A stretch of 64,000 bases of DNA from Mobula hypostoma. Lineage: Eukaryota. The notes under the pieces are model-generated. The model saw nothing but the letters and a program-made list of their open reading frames with translations. It was not told the DNA's origin and searched no databases. The position numbers were made by a program, and so were the translations under genes. Each line of letters starts with the position of its first letter. The first letter of the stretch is position 1. Positions 23,656 to 36,049 of the stretch are shown in pieces. The stretch covers positions 23,066,001 to 23,130,000 of the forward strand of contig NC_086097.1 in NCBI RefSeq assembly GCF_963921235.1, given 5' to 3'.

Positions 23656-25547
23656 GACCAGGTGAAAGGTCTCCGACCCGCTGAACTGTTGAGCTTCTCC
23701 AACATGTTGTTTGTTGCTCCAGAACCCAGCATCTGTGGTGTGTGTCCATGTTCACCCTTAGTTGTGTTTATATACTCTTTATGTGTCTGGCATGAAGCAC
23801 CATTTTGGGTGACAACCAATCTTCCAGTTTCATCCACCTGTGATATTGTCAGCTCTGCTCCCTTCATATGGATGAGGGGAAATTCCCATTCACTTGAACT
23901 TATAAGCCCCTGCTTTATGATGGTTTGGGGCCATAATCTCTACTGTGTGACATCTACAGGTAACAGTTTGTGATCAGGTGCTGATAAAACGATTGCCAAC
24001 AGGGCCCATAGTGAAATCGGTATTCTGGTGAGACGGCCCCTCAAGCAGTCTTAAGCAGCTGTTCCCTGCAGGGTATTATCCTGAGATATTTCTGTAATTC
24101 AGAGGACCCACCAAAGCAATTGGAGAATCTTTCACTTTGAATGTTATCTTTTGCCTTGAGCGACTCGGGCGATAGACACAAAATTACTTCTCCTTGACAT
24201 GATGCAGTGAATTTCTCCTAGTCAGTCAAAATGTTACCGGCTGACATTTAAATTCATGACTGCTGTAATAAAAGTTGACACAGACTCACGTGAATTAGTG
24301 CAGCGATCAACCTCAGTTTCTTTTTCTCCCTGACGTAACAGCTTTTGAGGCACGTCTTTAAGCTGTCCTGTTGCTCTTGATTGTTTTGTGCCTATTCAAT
24401 GAGCTGGCACCTGCTGGGATTTACAATAATGTGACCCTTGCTGCAAATTAATGAAGTATAATTGCACATTCATTCTCCAGACCTAATTACTGAAAACATG
24501 GCACTGAGAGAACTACAAAGTACCGAATTTTCTTGTTAGGTGCGCTAATGATGAAGGAACTGCAATCATCATTTTTGCAAATCAGCTTCATCTTGTAGCA
24601 ACTGTACTTCCTCTGGTTAAGGGGGCTTTCAGGCGCACACTCACAGCTGAATTTAGTGATGCAGGTTTAATATTGTTTGCAAGAACTCGAAGATAATTAT
24701 TTTGCGCATGAAAGAGTGGACGTGGAGAGAATGTTCCCAATAGTCTAGGACTGGAGGGTACAGCCTCAGTATACAAGGGTTTGATGAGGAGGAATTTCTT
24801 TAGCCAGAGGTTGGTGAATCTGTAGAATCCATTGACATTGATGGCTGTGGAGGCCAAGTCACTGAATCTATTTAATTCAGAGGTTGATAAGTTCTTGGTT
24901 AGTCAGGGCATCAAAGATTACAGGAAAAAGGCAGAAGAATGGGGGATTGAGAGAACACGATAAATCAGCCATGACGGAAGGGTGAAGCATATTCAATGGG
25001 CGGAATGGCCCAATTCTGCTCCTCTGTGGTCTTATGGTCATTATGATTTAAAAATACACTATGTATCAGGCCACAGAAGCGGCTTCAAAAATCCATACCG
25101 GATGGTAATGCAACCAATGTCACAATGTTCTCCATCATACTGGACATCTGCTGGAATTTTCTGGTCTTTGTGAAATACCAACTTTCCTCAAACTCCAAAT
25201 TAATCTCAATGCTGAGAGTAATCAGTATTTTTCCTGCTCACCATCACAGCTATGCTGATTAGACTCCTAGATGACAAGGTGACTACAATTCAGAAGTACT
25301 TTCCCATATTGACCATAGAACAATACAGCTCAGGAACAGTCCCTTCGATCCATAAGGATGCTAGAAATGAATTCCCAGTCTCCCAGTTGACCTCGTCTTA
25401 GCCCTTGTATTTTACTTGTTCACTTACATTGCACTTTCTTGATATCTGCTACTACTTCACTACAATGTCTTTTGCTACATTGATGTGTTGACGTAGAGCA
25501 TGATCTGCCTGGCATTATTTTCACTCTCTTTTGTTATACATAACAAT

Positions 25548-25830
25548 GGTGGCACGGTAGCATGGTGGTTAGCACAATGCTTTACAGTAACAGTGACTCT
25601 AGTTCCTTTCCCACCGCTGCTTGTAAGAAGTCTGTAATTTCTCCCCGTGACCGTGTGGGTTTCCTCTGGGTGCTCTGGTTTCCTCCCACAGTCCAAAGAT
25701 GTACTGGTTGATAGATTAATTGATCATTGTAAATTGTCCTGGGACTGGTCTGGGATTAAATTGGGGGATTGCTGGACAGCATGGCTCCAAGGACCTATTC
25801 CATGCTGTATGTCAATCAATCAATCAATAT
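25548..25830 (+). mobile_element. V-domain SINE
   Basis: ggtggcacggtagcatggtggttagc head, V core, (caat)n tail. Confidence 0.75.
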
Positions 25831-26084
25831 GTAAATATATACATATTAATTTGCTGAATTTCTGTATTTTATAGCTGTAGAAAATTATATATTAATAAAA
25901 AGATTTAAAAATGAAATGAAAAATAAATAAATAAACAAACCAAAATATGCCCAACCAATGCCCCATATTTTAGATTCTCCTATGACGTAGGAGAAGACCC
26001 TAAATCTATGCTGCTGTTAGAGCAAGCCCATCAATCTCACTTACCCATATAACTTCCTGTAATTTATTCTCTCCCATGTGCACA

Positions 26085-26925
26085 TTAACACTTCTTTACA
26101 ATTTGCAGATAGTTCCACCATAGTGGGCTGTATCTCAAGTAACAATGAGTTGGAATACAAGAAAGAGATAGAGAGCCTTGTGATATGGTGTAATGACAAC
26201 AACCTTTCCCTCAATGTGAATAAAACCAAGAGAGCTGGTCATGGACTTCAGAAAGAGCGGCAGTGCACATGGTCCTGTCTTCATCAACGGTTTAGAGGTT
26301 GAGAGCTTCAAGTTCCTAGGAGTGAACATCATTAAAAGTCTGCCCTGGTCAAACTGTGTTGATGTCATGACCAAGAGAATAGTAAAACTAAATTAGGAAG
26401 TTAGAGTGGGTAGGTTGATAAGACAAATAAAGAGTGACACTGCATGATGTAGTTTGAGGAGATTTGGTATGTCAACAAAAGCTCGAGCAAATTTCTAGAG
26501 GTGTATAGAGGGCATTCTGACTGGTTGTGCTACTACTCAGTATGGATCTCCAATGTGCAGGATTTCAAGAAGATGCAGAGGGTCGTAGACTCAATCCTTC
26601 CCACCAACGAGGACATCTTCAGGAAGCGGTGCCTCAAGAAACTGGCAGCTGTTGTTCCTTACCATGTGTCCTTTTTGCATTACTACCATCGTGGAAGATG
26701 TACAGGAGGGTAAAGATATACACTCAGTGCTTTAGGGACATCTTCTTCCCCTCAGCTATCAGAATTCTGAACAGTCCATCAATCTATGGACACTACCTTG
26801 CTATTCCTCTTTTGCACTTTATGTAACTTATGGCAATTTTTATGTCTTGCACTGTTCTGCTCCCACAAATAAATAAATCTCTCAGCATAGGCCAATGGTA
26901 ATGAAACCTTATTCCAGATTCTGAT
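26085..26925 (+). mobile_element. Rex1/Babar LINE 3' fragment (degenerate)
   Basis: FADSSTIVG, WCNDNNLSLNVNKTK and FFPSAIRILN remnants. Confidence 0.75.
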
Positions 26926-26948
26926 GCCAGAAATCCAGTGTAACTCTC

Positions 26949-27500
26949 TCAAAATCCTGGAGGAACTCAGCAAGTCAGGCAGACTCTATGGAGAGGAATA
27001 ATTAGTCGGCGTTTCAGGCTGGCATCCTTTACCTGGACTGAATAGGAAGGGGTTGAAACCAAAATAAGAAGGTGGAGGGAGGGGACAGGAATACAAGCTG
27101 GCATGTGATAGGTGAAGCCAGGTTAGGGAGAAGGTGAGTTGCGGAGGGGGTATGAAGTGAGAAGCTAGGAAGAGATAAGCGGGAAAAGTAAAGAGCTGAA
27201 GAAGAAGGAATCTGAGCGGAGAGGAGAGTGCACCATTTGAGAAAGGGAATGCGGAGGAGCACCGGAGGTGGTTGATAGGGAGATGACAAGAAGGAAAGTG
27301 ATAAAGGGGGGGAGCCAGAATGGAGAATGCCAGAAGAGAGATGGGTAAGGGGGAGGAATTACCAGAAACTAGAGAAGTGGATGTTCATGCTGTCAGGTTG
27401 GAGGCTACCCAGACAGAATATGAGATGTTGCTTCTTCAAGTTGAGTGTGGCCTCATCATGGCAGTAGAGGAGGTGATGTACCGACTTGTTCGAATGCGAA
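26949..27500 (-). mobile_element. Penelope-like 3' fragment
   Basis: Reverse complement of the PLE C-terminus (LGSLQPDSMNIHFS), UTR and terminus. Confidence 0.75.
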
Positions 27501-28080
27501 TAGGGAGTGCACCCTCACTTTATGTGGTCAAGTGTCTGGAACAAGACTCAGCCTTCTGACATAAAGATAGGCAAGCTTTCTCCCAAGCCATAGCTGACCT
27601 AACTCAGCTAAAATAAATGTCATTTAGTAAAGGCTAAAATAAAACTCTGCTCTCACTCTATTTACATATTCCTCCTTGATACTAAAGGTGGATGAATATC
27701 AAGGTGACAATTTACTCTGAGATTCAGCTGTTACGCAACAATTTCAAGTTCAATTTTATTAAGACTTCCTTTATTATCTTTTGTTTTTCCTGAAGTGTTA
27801 TACCTTCTAGTTCATCGATTAGCAACGTCAGGCACAAAACTGCCTTCCAAGCTGACTGAGTGAACCAAATGGAATTACGATTCGGTTTATTTGTGAACCA
27901 GTGATCTCACTTGTACATCTTATAAAGTTTGTGGTTCTCTTCTCATGCTCAGCTGGGGGTCAGATCATGGCCCATCAGGTTAGTTCATTTCCAAGCCTGA
28001 TGCTAAATAGCACTCGCCCAATGAGATAATCAGGAACAACCATTGAAAGGCTGTGGTTCACAGCTTCAAGCAAGTCAAAT

Positions 28081-28096
28081 CTGCCACCTTGTGGTC
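28081..28096 (-). promoter_or_regulatory. Candidate CTCF-binding motif
   Basis: Minus strand GACCACAAGGTGGCAG matches CCASYAGRKGGCRS with one mismatch and lies in non-repetitive sequence. Confidence 0.35.
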
Positions 28097-28239
28097 ATGT
28101 GGACTTGTTGCAAGTTTGAACAGGTTGCTGTAGTACATATATAAAAAATTTCTCCTCAGACTGCCCCTCAGGTCGAGGTTCGCTTGATGCTGTTTCAGCT
28201 CAGTGGGGACTGAAGTGACTCATGGAATCAATATGAAAC

Positions 28240-28623
28240 CTATCAAATTGAAACCTGTCGAACCTATTGAATATTGCAAGGCTTGGACAGAGTGGATGCG
28301 GAGAGGATGTTTCCAATAGTGGGGGAGTCCAGGACCAAAGGACACAACCTCCGAATAGAAAGGCATGCTTTAAAGTAGACATGAAGAGGAATTTATTCAG
28401 CCAAAGGATGGTGAGTCTGTGGAATTCATTGCCATTGATGGCTGTGGAGGTCATCATTGGGTACATTTAAATCAGCGTTTGATAGGCTCTTGATTACTAA
28501 GGTTGTCAAAGGTTATGGGAAGAAGGCAGGAGAATGGGACTGAGAGAAAATAAATCATCCATGATTGAGAGCCGAGCAGGATCGATGGACCAAGTAGCCT
28601 AATTTTGCTCTGGTGTCTTATGG
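28240..28623 (+). mobile_element. CR1 3' fragment inserted into an old RTE-like remnant
   Basis: 12-bp TSD tcaatatgaaac (28228-39 / 28624-35); FSQRMVSLWNSLP motif; tcttatgg tail. Confidence 0.8.
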
Positions 28624-29478
28624 TCAATATGAAACTTGCAGATTCTACCACAGTTAGGCAGGAGTTGGCCAATTGTGCAGGTGCTTTGTGAGGCATTGCA
28701 CCTCTACCATTCACACTCATCTTTCTTATGCTCCTGCTACATGGACTCTGGGCTTTTAGTGCCATTTCAAAAGTTCCTTCATTGATTGGCCATTGGGCCA
28801 AAGATGCCCAGGAATCAGTGGGAGCATTGAATTATTTTTCAAGGAGGCATTAGAAACATCCTTGAATCTTTTCAACAATACAAGAGATTCTGCAGAGGTT
28901 TTCTGGGTTTAACTCTATCCGTCACTTCTCAATCCAGCTGTGCATCCTGTTAATGTCCAATTGTAACCTATGGCAACCTTCTACACTATCCACAACGCCA
29001 ACTAACAACCTGCATGTTATCTGTAAATTTACTCACCCACTTTTCTGGTTCCTTATCCAAGTTATTCTTAAAAATCAGAAGGAACAAAGGTCCCAGAAGA
29101 GAACTGATCATGAACTAGACCAAACAGGTTTATGAGTAGACCTGGAATAGGCTCTAGGTCTTCTACCACATTTTGCCTTCAGTGGCCAAGCCAACTCTGA
29201 ATTCACATAGCCAAATACCTGGTTCCCATGCCTCCTGACATTCTGAATGTATCAACCAAAGAGAACCTAGTTGAATGCCTTACTGAACTCTTGACTAAAA
29301 TTTGGCATTGAATTAACATGCATCTCAGTTGAGTAAGGATTCTTCAATTGGATTAACTGAGGAAGTACACAGACTCACACACCACCCAATGCCTTGTAGT
29401 AAGTGGCCTTGATTTTTTTGGATTTCTGAGTGCACAAGCCCTGGAGAAAGAATCACCAGAAAGTCAGGTGAAAATATA

Positions 29479-30055
29479 CAGTACTGAGAAGTCTTCGGCA
29501 CATATCCAGCCCTGAGAAACCAGGCAAGGTTATTTGATTCCTAACAATTGGTTAATCAATCATTACAGAATATCTTTCTGGTGTTTCCCACTCCCTCCCT
29601 TCTCCCTTTCCCTTTTCCCAACCATGATTCTCCTGTCCCTGCCCTTTTCCCACTCTCAGTCCACAATAGAGACCAATATCAGAATCAGACTCAAGATGCT
29701 GGAAGAACTCAGCAGGCCAGGCAGCATCGATGGAAACGAGGAAACAGCCGACATTTCAGGCTGAGACCCTTCATCGGGGTCTTGGCCCAAAACATTGACT
29801 GTTTACTCTTTTCCATAGATGCTGCCTGACCTGCTGAGTTCTTCCAGCATTTTGTGGATGTTGCTTGGATTTCCAGCATCAACAGATTTTCTCATATCAG
29901 AATCAGATTTATCATCACTCACATCTCACATATGTCCCGAAATTTGTTGATTTTTTGTGGCAGCAGTACAGTACAATACATAAAATTACAGTACTGTGCA
30001 AAGGTCTTGGGGAGCCTATTTATATATATGTGCCTAAGACTTTTGCACAGTACAT
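29479..30055. mobile_element. Composite Tc1-type non-autonomous element (copy 1), interrupted by a Penelope fold-back
   Basis: TA-cagtactg left end; complete mini-MITE (29989-30055) as right end; cargo shared with 31920-32366 and 41033-41536. Confidence 0.75.
29690..29893. mobile_element. Penelope-terminus-derived fold-back mini-element
   Basis: Exact 14-bp TSD atatcagaatcaga (29676-89 / 29894-907); inverted arms meet within the hammerhead motif. Confidence 0.85.
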
Positions 30056-30395
30056 TATAACTTACACCACTCTGCAGCTGATTATAAAATCCAGGGCACT
30101 TTGTTTCAGAACAATGATTACAACCTGACAGTCAAATTGACAAACTTGGACAGATGTAATATAGAGTAATACTTCAATGAAAGTATTGAATTGATTGGTA
30201 GTAGACACAGCTGTTTATGTATTATGTACCAATGATAAATGAGCTAGTTTAATGATTAAATATAAAATGGGACAGGCACTGATTTATCCCCAAAGGAATT
30301 CACGGCTGCTGGAAAGGCTGCAGATGTCAAGTTCAACAGGTCAGTTTAAGCTTTGAGTATGTCACTTGCCTAGACATGAATATTAAGATCTAGAC

Positions 30396-30480
30396 CAGAG
30401 GTTCCTAACTTACTTTATGCCATGGACCCCGACCATTAACTGGGGGGGTGTCTGTGGTTTCCAGGTTGGGAACCCCCCCG
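30396..30480. mobile_element. 85-bp hAT MITE (same family as 18870)
   Basis: TIRs cagaggttcctaac / gttgggaacccccccg; TSD atctagac / atctaggc (7/8). Confidence 0.8.
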
Positions 30481-30737
30481 ATCTAGGCTATGCTTCAGTA
30501 CAGTTGCAAGGAAGTTCTACATTGTTGGAGGGGTCCTCTTTCTGCTGATGTGTTAATTCAAAGCCCATTTGCACTCCCATGGGGACATTAATGATCTTTT
30601 TCGAATATGTTTTATGAGGATAGCTTGAGCAAGCTAGGCCTTTTCTCTTTGGAAGGAAGGAGGATGCGACGTTACTTGATAGAGGTGTATAACATGCTAA
30701 GATGCGTAGGTCGAATGGACAGCCAGGGACTGCAGAG

Positions 30738-31738
30738 TTCAAAATGTTCAAAGTAAATCTTTTATTAAAGTACATATATGTTTCCATATACAAACCTGAG
30801 ATCCATTTTCTTGTGGCCATTCACAGTAAATACAAGAAATACTATAGAATCAATGAAAGACCTTCCCCAACGGGATGGACAAACAACCAGCGTGCAAAAG
30901 ACAGCAAACTGTGCAAGTACAAAAAAAAAGAAAAAAAAACAATAAATTTTAAAAAAGCAATAAATATTGAGAATATGAGAAAGAGTCCTTGAAAGTGAGT
31001 CCATTGGTTGTGGGAACATTTCAGTGATGAAGTGAGCGATGTTGAGTGAACTTATCCCCTCTGGTTCAAGAACCTGACAGTTGAGAGGTAATAACTGTTC
31101 CTAAACCTGGTGGTATGGTTCCTGAAGCTCCTGTATCTACTTTCTGATGGCAGCAGCAAGAAGAATGCATGGTCAGGATGTGAGGGTCCCTGATGATGGT
31201 TGCTGTTTTCCTGTGACAGCACTCCATGTAGATGTGCTCAATAGTGAGGAGGGCTTTACCCGTGAGGCTATATCTACCACTTTTTGGAAGTTTTTCCATT
31301 CAGGGACATTACTGTTTCCATCCCAGGCTGTGGTGCAACTGGTCAATATACTCTCCACCACATTTCTACAGAATATGTCAAAGTTTTAGGCAACAGCCTG
31401 AATCTTCGTAAACTTCTGAGTAGAGTTGGTGTCATGCTTTTTTTGTATTGGCGCTTACGGGCTGGACCCAGGACAGATCCTCTGAAATGATAACACGGAA
31501 GAACTTAAAGTTGCTGATCTTCTCCGTCTCTGATCTCCCAACGAGGATTGGCTCATGGACCTTTGGTTTCCTCCTCCTGAAGTCAATGAACAGATCCTTG
31601 GTCTTGCTGACATTGAGTAAGAGGTTGTTGTTATGTCACCACTCAGCCAGATTTTCAATTTCCCTCCTACATGCTGATTTATCACCACCTTTGATTTGGC
31701 TTGTGATGGTAGTGTCATCAACAAACTTGAATATGCCA
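30738..31738 (-). mobile_element. Rex1/Babar LINE 3' fragment
   Basis: VESILTSCTTAWDGN remnant and a FVDDTT-like region near 31705-31725. Confidence 0.75.
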
Positions 31739-31919
31739 TTTTCCCAGTGCAGCAACAGCTAATATCAGGAGGCAAAACTTTAAGATGATTGAAGGAAAGT
31801 ATAAGGGGAATGTCAGAGGTATGTTCTTTGCACAGGGAATGCAGCGTGTGCAGAACACCTGGCCATCTTGTGGTGGAGGCAGATACATTAGGGACCTTTC
31901 AGAAAGTCTTAGATATCTA

Positions 31920-32366
31920 CAGTACTGTACAAAATTATAACATATATATGCTTTGTAAATCTGGCAAGGAGCAAAGGATGTTGTGAATGGAGGGGTTTTG
32001 GGACGGGTGGCAGAGAAGGAGTGCCAAGGGCAGGGAGAGACGTGTGCAGCTACATAGAGCCCTGAGACAACAGGTGACATCATTTGATTCTAAACAATTA
32101 GTTTATTGATCATTACAGAATGTCTCTCTGGTACTTCCCACTTCTCCGCCCCCCTTCCCCTTTCCCCACCCATGATGTCCCCTTCCCACTCTTAGCCCAG
32201 AATAAAAACCCATATCAGAATCAGGTTTATCATCACTCATATATACCATGAGATTTGTTTTTATTGCGGCAGCAGTACCGTGCTATACATAAAATTACTG
32301 CAGTACTGCGCAAAAGTCTTAGATACCCTAGCTATGTCTATGTGTCTCAGACTTTGCACAGTACTG
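31920..32366. mobile_element. Composite Tc1-type non-autonomous element (copy 2) inserted at TA in a CR1 tail
   Basis: TA-cagtactgt ... acagtactg-TA; the right end is a complete mini-MITE starting about 32301. Confidence 0.8.
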
Positions 32367-32760
32367 TACATGGATGATAGAAGAATGGAGGACTACACAG
32401 GAGGGAATGGTGAGATTGATCTTGGAACAGGTTATAAGGTTAGAACAACATTGTGGGAAAACAGTCTGGACCATGTTGTAGTGTTCTAGGTTCGTGAAGA
32501 TTAAACTAATACTTATCCATTGCCCAACAGTTTCCTGGAGTAGAACAGTCATTATCATTTTGACTGGGTGATTGACTCCCGCTACTATTTTTTTGTGTTC
32601 TTCTTGATCAACATGATGCCTCCATCAGACACATCTTCTTTTCCCGTAAATCTGGTAAACCTGGCTGGTAATGACTGCCAGTCGCTTTCACCAGTTCCCT
32701 CCCTCAGCTTATCTCCTTGCCTGACCATCACCTCCCTCTGATGCTCCTCCCCTTCCCTTT

Positions 32761-33284
32761 ATTGTGTGCAGTTCTGGGTCCTTATTTTAGAAAGGATATA
32801 CTGACATTGGCAAGGGTTCAGAGAAGATTCACGAGAATGTTTCCAGGAATGAAAGGGTTTACTGTATGAGGAACGTCTGGCAGCTCTTAGGCTGTATTCC
32901 CTGGAGTTCAGGAGAATGAAGGGGAATCTCATAGAAATATTCCAAATGTTAAAGGCCTGAACGGATTAGATATGGCAAAGTTATTTCCCATGGTAGGGAA
33001 GTCTAGGACAAGAGGGCACAACTTCAGAATTGAAGGACGTCCATTTAGAACAGAGATGCAAAGAAATTACTTTAGTCAGTAGGTGGTAAATCTGTGGAAT
33101 TTGTTGCCACGAGCAGCTGTGGAGGCCAAGTTATTGTGTGCATTTAAGGCAGAGATAAATAGGCTCTTGATTAGCCAGGGCATCAAAGGGTATGGGGAGA
33201 AGGCAGGGGAGTGGGGATGACTGGAAGAATTAGATCAGCCCATTGAGTGGCCTACTTCTGGTCCAATATCTTATGGTCTATGGT
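32761..33284 (+). mobile_element. CR1 3' fragment nested in a Penelope UTR (host about 32690-33590)
   Basis: Highly similar to 13290-13854; the host pyrimidine-rich UTR continues to a degenerate hammerhead motif at about 33462-33494. Confidence 0.8.
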
Positions 33285-33816
33285 CTTCCATGGGCTTTTG
33301 CCCTCTCCTTTTAGATTCCTCCTTCTCCAGCCCTTTATCTCTTTCACTAATTGACTTCCCAGCTCTTTACTTCACCCCTTCCCCTCTGCCGGTTTCAACA
33401 TCCACCTTGTACTTCTTCCTGCCCTCCCCCACCATCTTACTCTGACCTCATCTTTTCTCTCCAGTCCTGATGAAGGGTCTCGTCCCAAAACGTCTTCCTT
33501 TTACTCTTTTCCGTAGAGGCTGCCTGGCCTGCTTAGTTCCTCCAGCATTTTGTGTGCGTTGCTTAGGGTTTCCAACATCTCCCGATTTTTCTCATGCCTG
33601 TGATTGTTATTTGATAGTTTTTGTTGAGTTTTCTGTGTGACAAACATCCGCTGCATGTCTTTCATGGCTGCTGTTCAAGACGTACACCTCTGACTGTAAC
33701 ATAAATATAAGACATCACAAAAGGAATATGTAAGGCACAATATAAATCTAATTCCTCTTCTTCTGACAGTCATTGAGCTTATTTCGATGCAGAGGGGTGG
33801 AATGCACAAGTGACAG

Positions 33817-34042
33817 TACTCTGCCTTCAAACTGTCTTCACACTACTGAGAATCCTGCGATTAACTCTCTACTCTGCCTTCAAACTGCCTTCACACTACT
33901 GAGAATCCTACGATTAACTCTCTACACTTGCCCTCAAACTGCCTTCACACTACTGAGAATCCTATGATTAACTCCCTACTCTGCCTTCAAACTTGAAGGC
34001 AGAACAGAGGGTTAATCACAGGATTCTTAGAAGGGTGAAGAA
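33817..34042. repeat. 53-bp tandem repeat (3 copies plus partial) followed by an inverted copy
   Basis: tactctgccttcaaactgccttcacactactgagaatcct.cgattaactctc starts at 33817, 33870, 33923 and 33977; 33993-34042 is the reverse complement of the unit. Confidence 0.85.
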
Positions 34043-34109
34043 ACAACAATCTTCAAGTCCATGCCTTGGAAGGTCAAATTTGAAGGCAGAATATCATATT
34101 ATTCTGCCT

Positions 34110-35255
34110 CTTGGCAGTGTGGAGCATTGAGTTCAAGAGCCGTGAGGTAATGTTACAGTTATAGAAGACCTTGGTTAGACCCTTTTGGAGTATTGCGTTC
34201 AGTTCTGGTCACCACTACAGGAAGGATGTGGATACTATAGAAAAAATACAGAGGAGATTTACAAGGATGTTGCCTGGATTGGAGAGTGTGCCTTATGAAA
34301 ATAGGTTGAGTGAACTTAGACTTTTCTCCTTGGAGCAATGGAGGATGAGAGGTGACTAGGTAGAGGTGTATATGATGATGAGAGGCATTAATCATGTGGA
34401 TAGCCAGAGGGTTTTTCCCAGAGCTGAAATGGCTAACATGAGGGGACATAGTTTTAAGGTGTTTGGAAGTAAGTACAGAGGGAATGTCAGGGGTAAGTTT
34501 TTCACACAGAGAGTGGTGGGTGTGTGGAATGCACTGCCAGCAATGGTGGTGGAAGCAGATACAATAGGGTCTTTTAAGAGGCTCTTAGATAGGTACATGG
34601 AGTTTAGAAAAATAGAAGGCTACGCGATAGGGTAATTCTAGTCAATTTCTAGAGTAGGTTACATGGTCGGCACAACGTTGTGGGCTGAAGGGCCTGTAAT
34701 GTGCTGTAGATGTCTATGTTCTATGTCCTATGTGCACTTCGATCCCTCAAAGTTGCCGTGCTAAATGATAGGCTGGTTAATTAGGCATATTGTGGGTTGG
34801 CCTTCAGTATTTGGGGCATTGAGTTCAAGAGCAGCAAGACAGCTTGATAAAACTCCAGCTAGACCACATTTTGACCACACTTGGGGTATTGCATTCATCC
34901 CTGGTTGTCTCATTATAGGATGGATGTGGAAGCTTTAGAAAGGATACAAAAGAGACTTACCAGGGTGCTGCCTGGATTAAGAGGGCATGTTTTTATGAGG
35001 AGAGTTTGAGAGAGCAAGGGATTTTCTTTTTGGAACAAAGGAGGATGATAGAGGTATACAAGATGGTAAGAGGCATAGATAGAGTGGACAACAAACACAT
35101 TTTTCCCGGGGTGGAAATGGCTAATACAAGTAGGCATAATTGTAAAGTATTTGGAGGACATATGTCAGAGGTAGCTTTTTTTTTTACGTAGAGAGCAGAG
35201 AGTGTATGGAATCCACTGCCAGGGGTGCTGGTAGTAGCAGATACATTCAGGATAT
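34110..35255 (+). mobile_element. Two tandem CR1 3' fragments
   Basis: IQRRFTRMLPGL and FFTQRVVGVWNALP motifs; (ctatgt)n tail at about 34714-34733; a second more degenerate copy follows. Confidence 0.8.
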
Positions 35256-36049
35256 TTAGATAGATAGATGGTTAGACAGATAGGTAGATAGATAGGGAGA
35301 TAGATAAATAAATAATGATGAGAACATGAGATGTAGAGTCCCCAAAAGTGAGTGAGAGGGTAGTGCTGAAGTAACTGTTGTTGCTAATAATGAAATAAAT
35401 GAAATAACTAAAGTAACTGGATCCAGAACACACACATTCTTACGACTCAAACATTATTTTTATTTTACTTGTACACAAGGAGAATGGCATTGCCCCTGTC
35501 ACCCATACCGTTCTGTTTATACAGAATTGGCTTATCAGTTACAGATATTGATCATTGTAAATTATATATATTTGTTTTCCTTACTTGCAAGATCAATCGC
35601 CATGTACAATAGAGATGTTAAAGTCGATCAAAACTTCGAGCAGACAGCTGATGATATTTTGAAGTTAGTGAAGACAATAGAGACTTTGTTGTTGGGTATG
35701 TTTCCCATTCTTCTGCTATCTCGTCTGTCTCTGGCATCCACTATCGTGTAGAGAGATGCTGTGTTTCGGGAAGACCTTTTTGGAAAAGTCTCACTACAGA
35801 AGCCTCACTCATCTGGTTTGAAAGTGCACTACTGCAGTCAACTCAGCCTATCTTGTCTGTAGTAAGCGGAGGTGTCTCTGGCAGTCTCACTTGACTAAAA
35901 CTGCCCCTGGCTATCTTTGCCTTACTGCAACTTCCACAGTTACAGCAAGTATTGCCACACTCTGGCACTAACACAGCATGCCCACAATATTCAGCACAGC
36001 AACAGCAACAAAATGAGCACCTTTTATCCTGTCACCCACCCATTCACAT

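Noticed and set aside
33817..33995. CRISPR-like array
   Set aside because: A plain minisatellite without variable spacers.
35257..35312. (GATA)n-like tract; also (AAT)n at about 3266 and (AT)n at about 6071
   Set aside because: Ordinary microsatellites or repeat tails.
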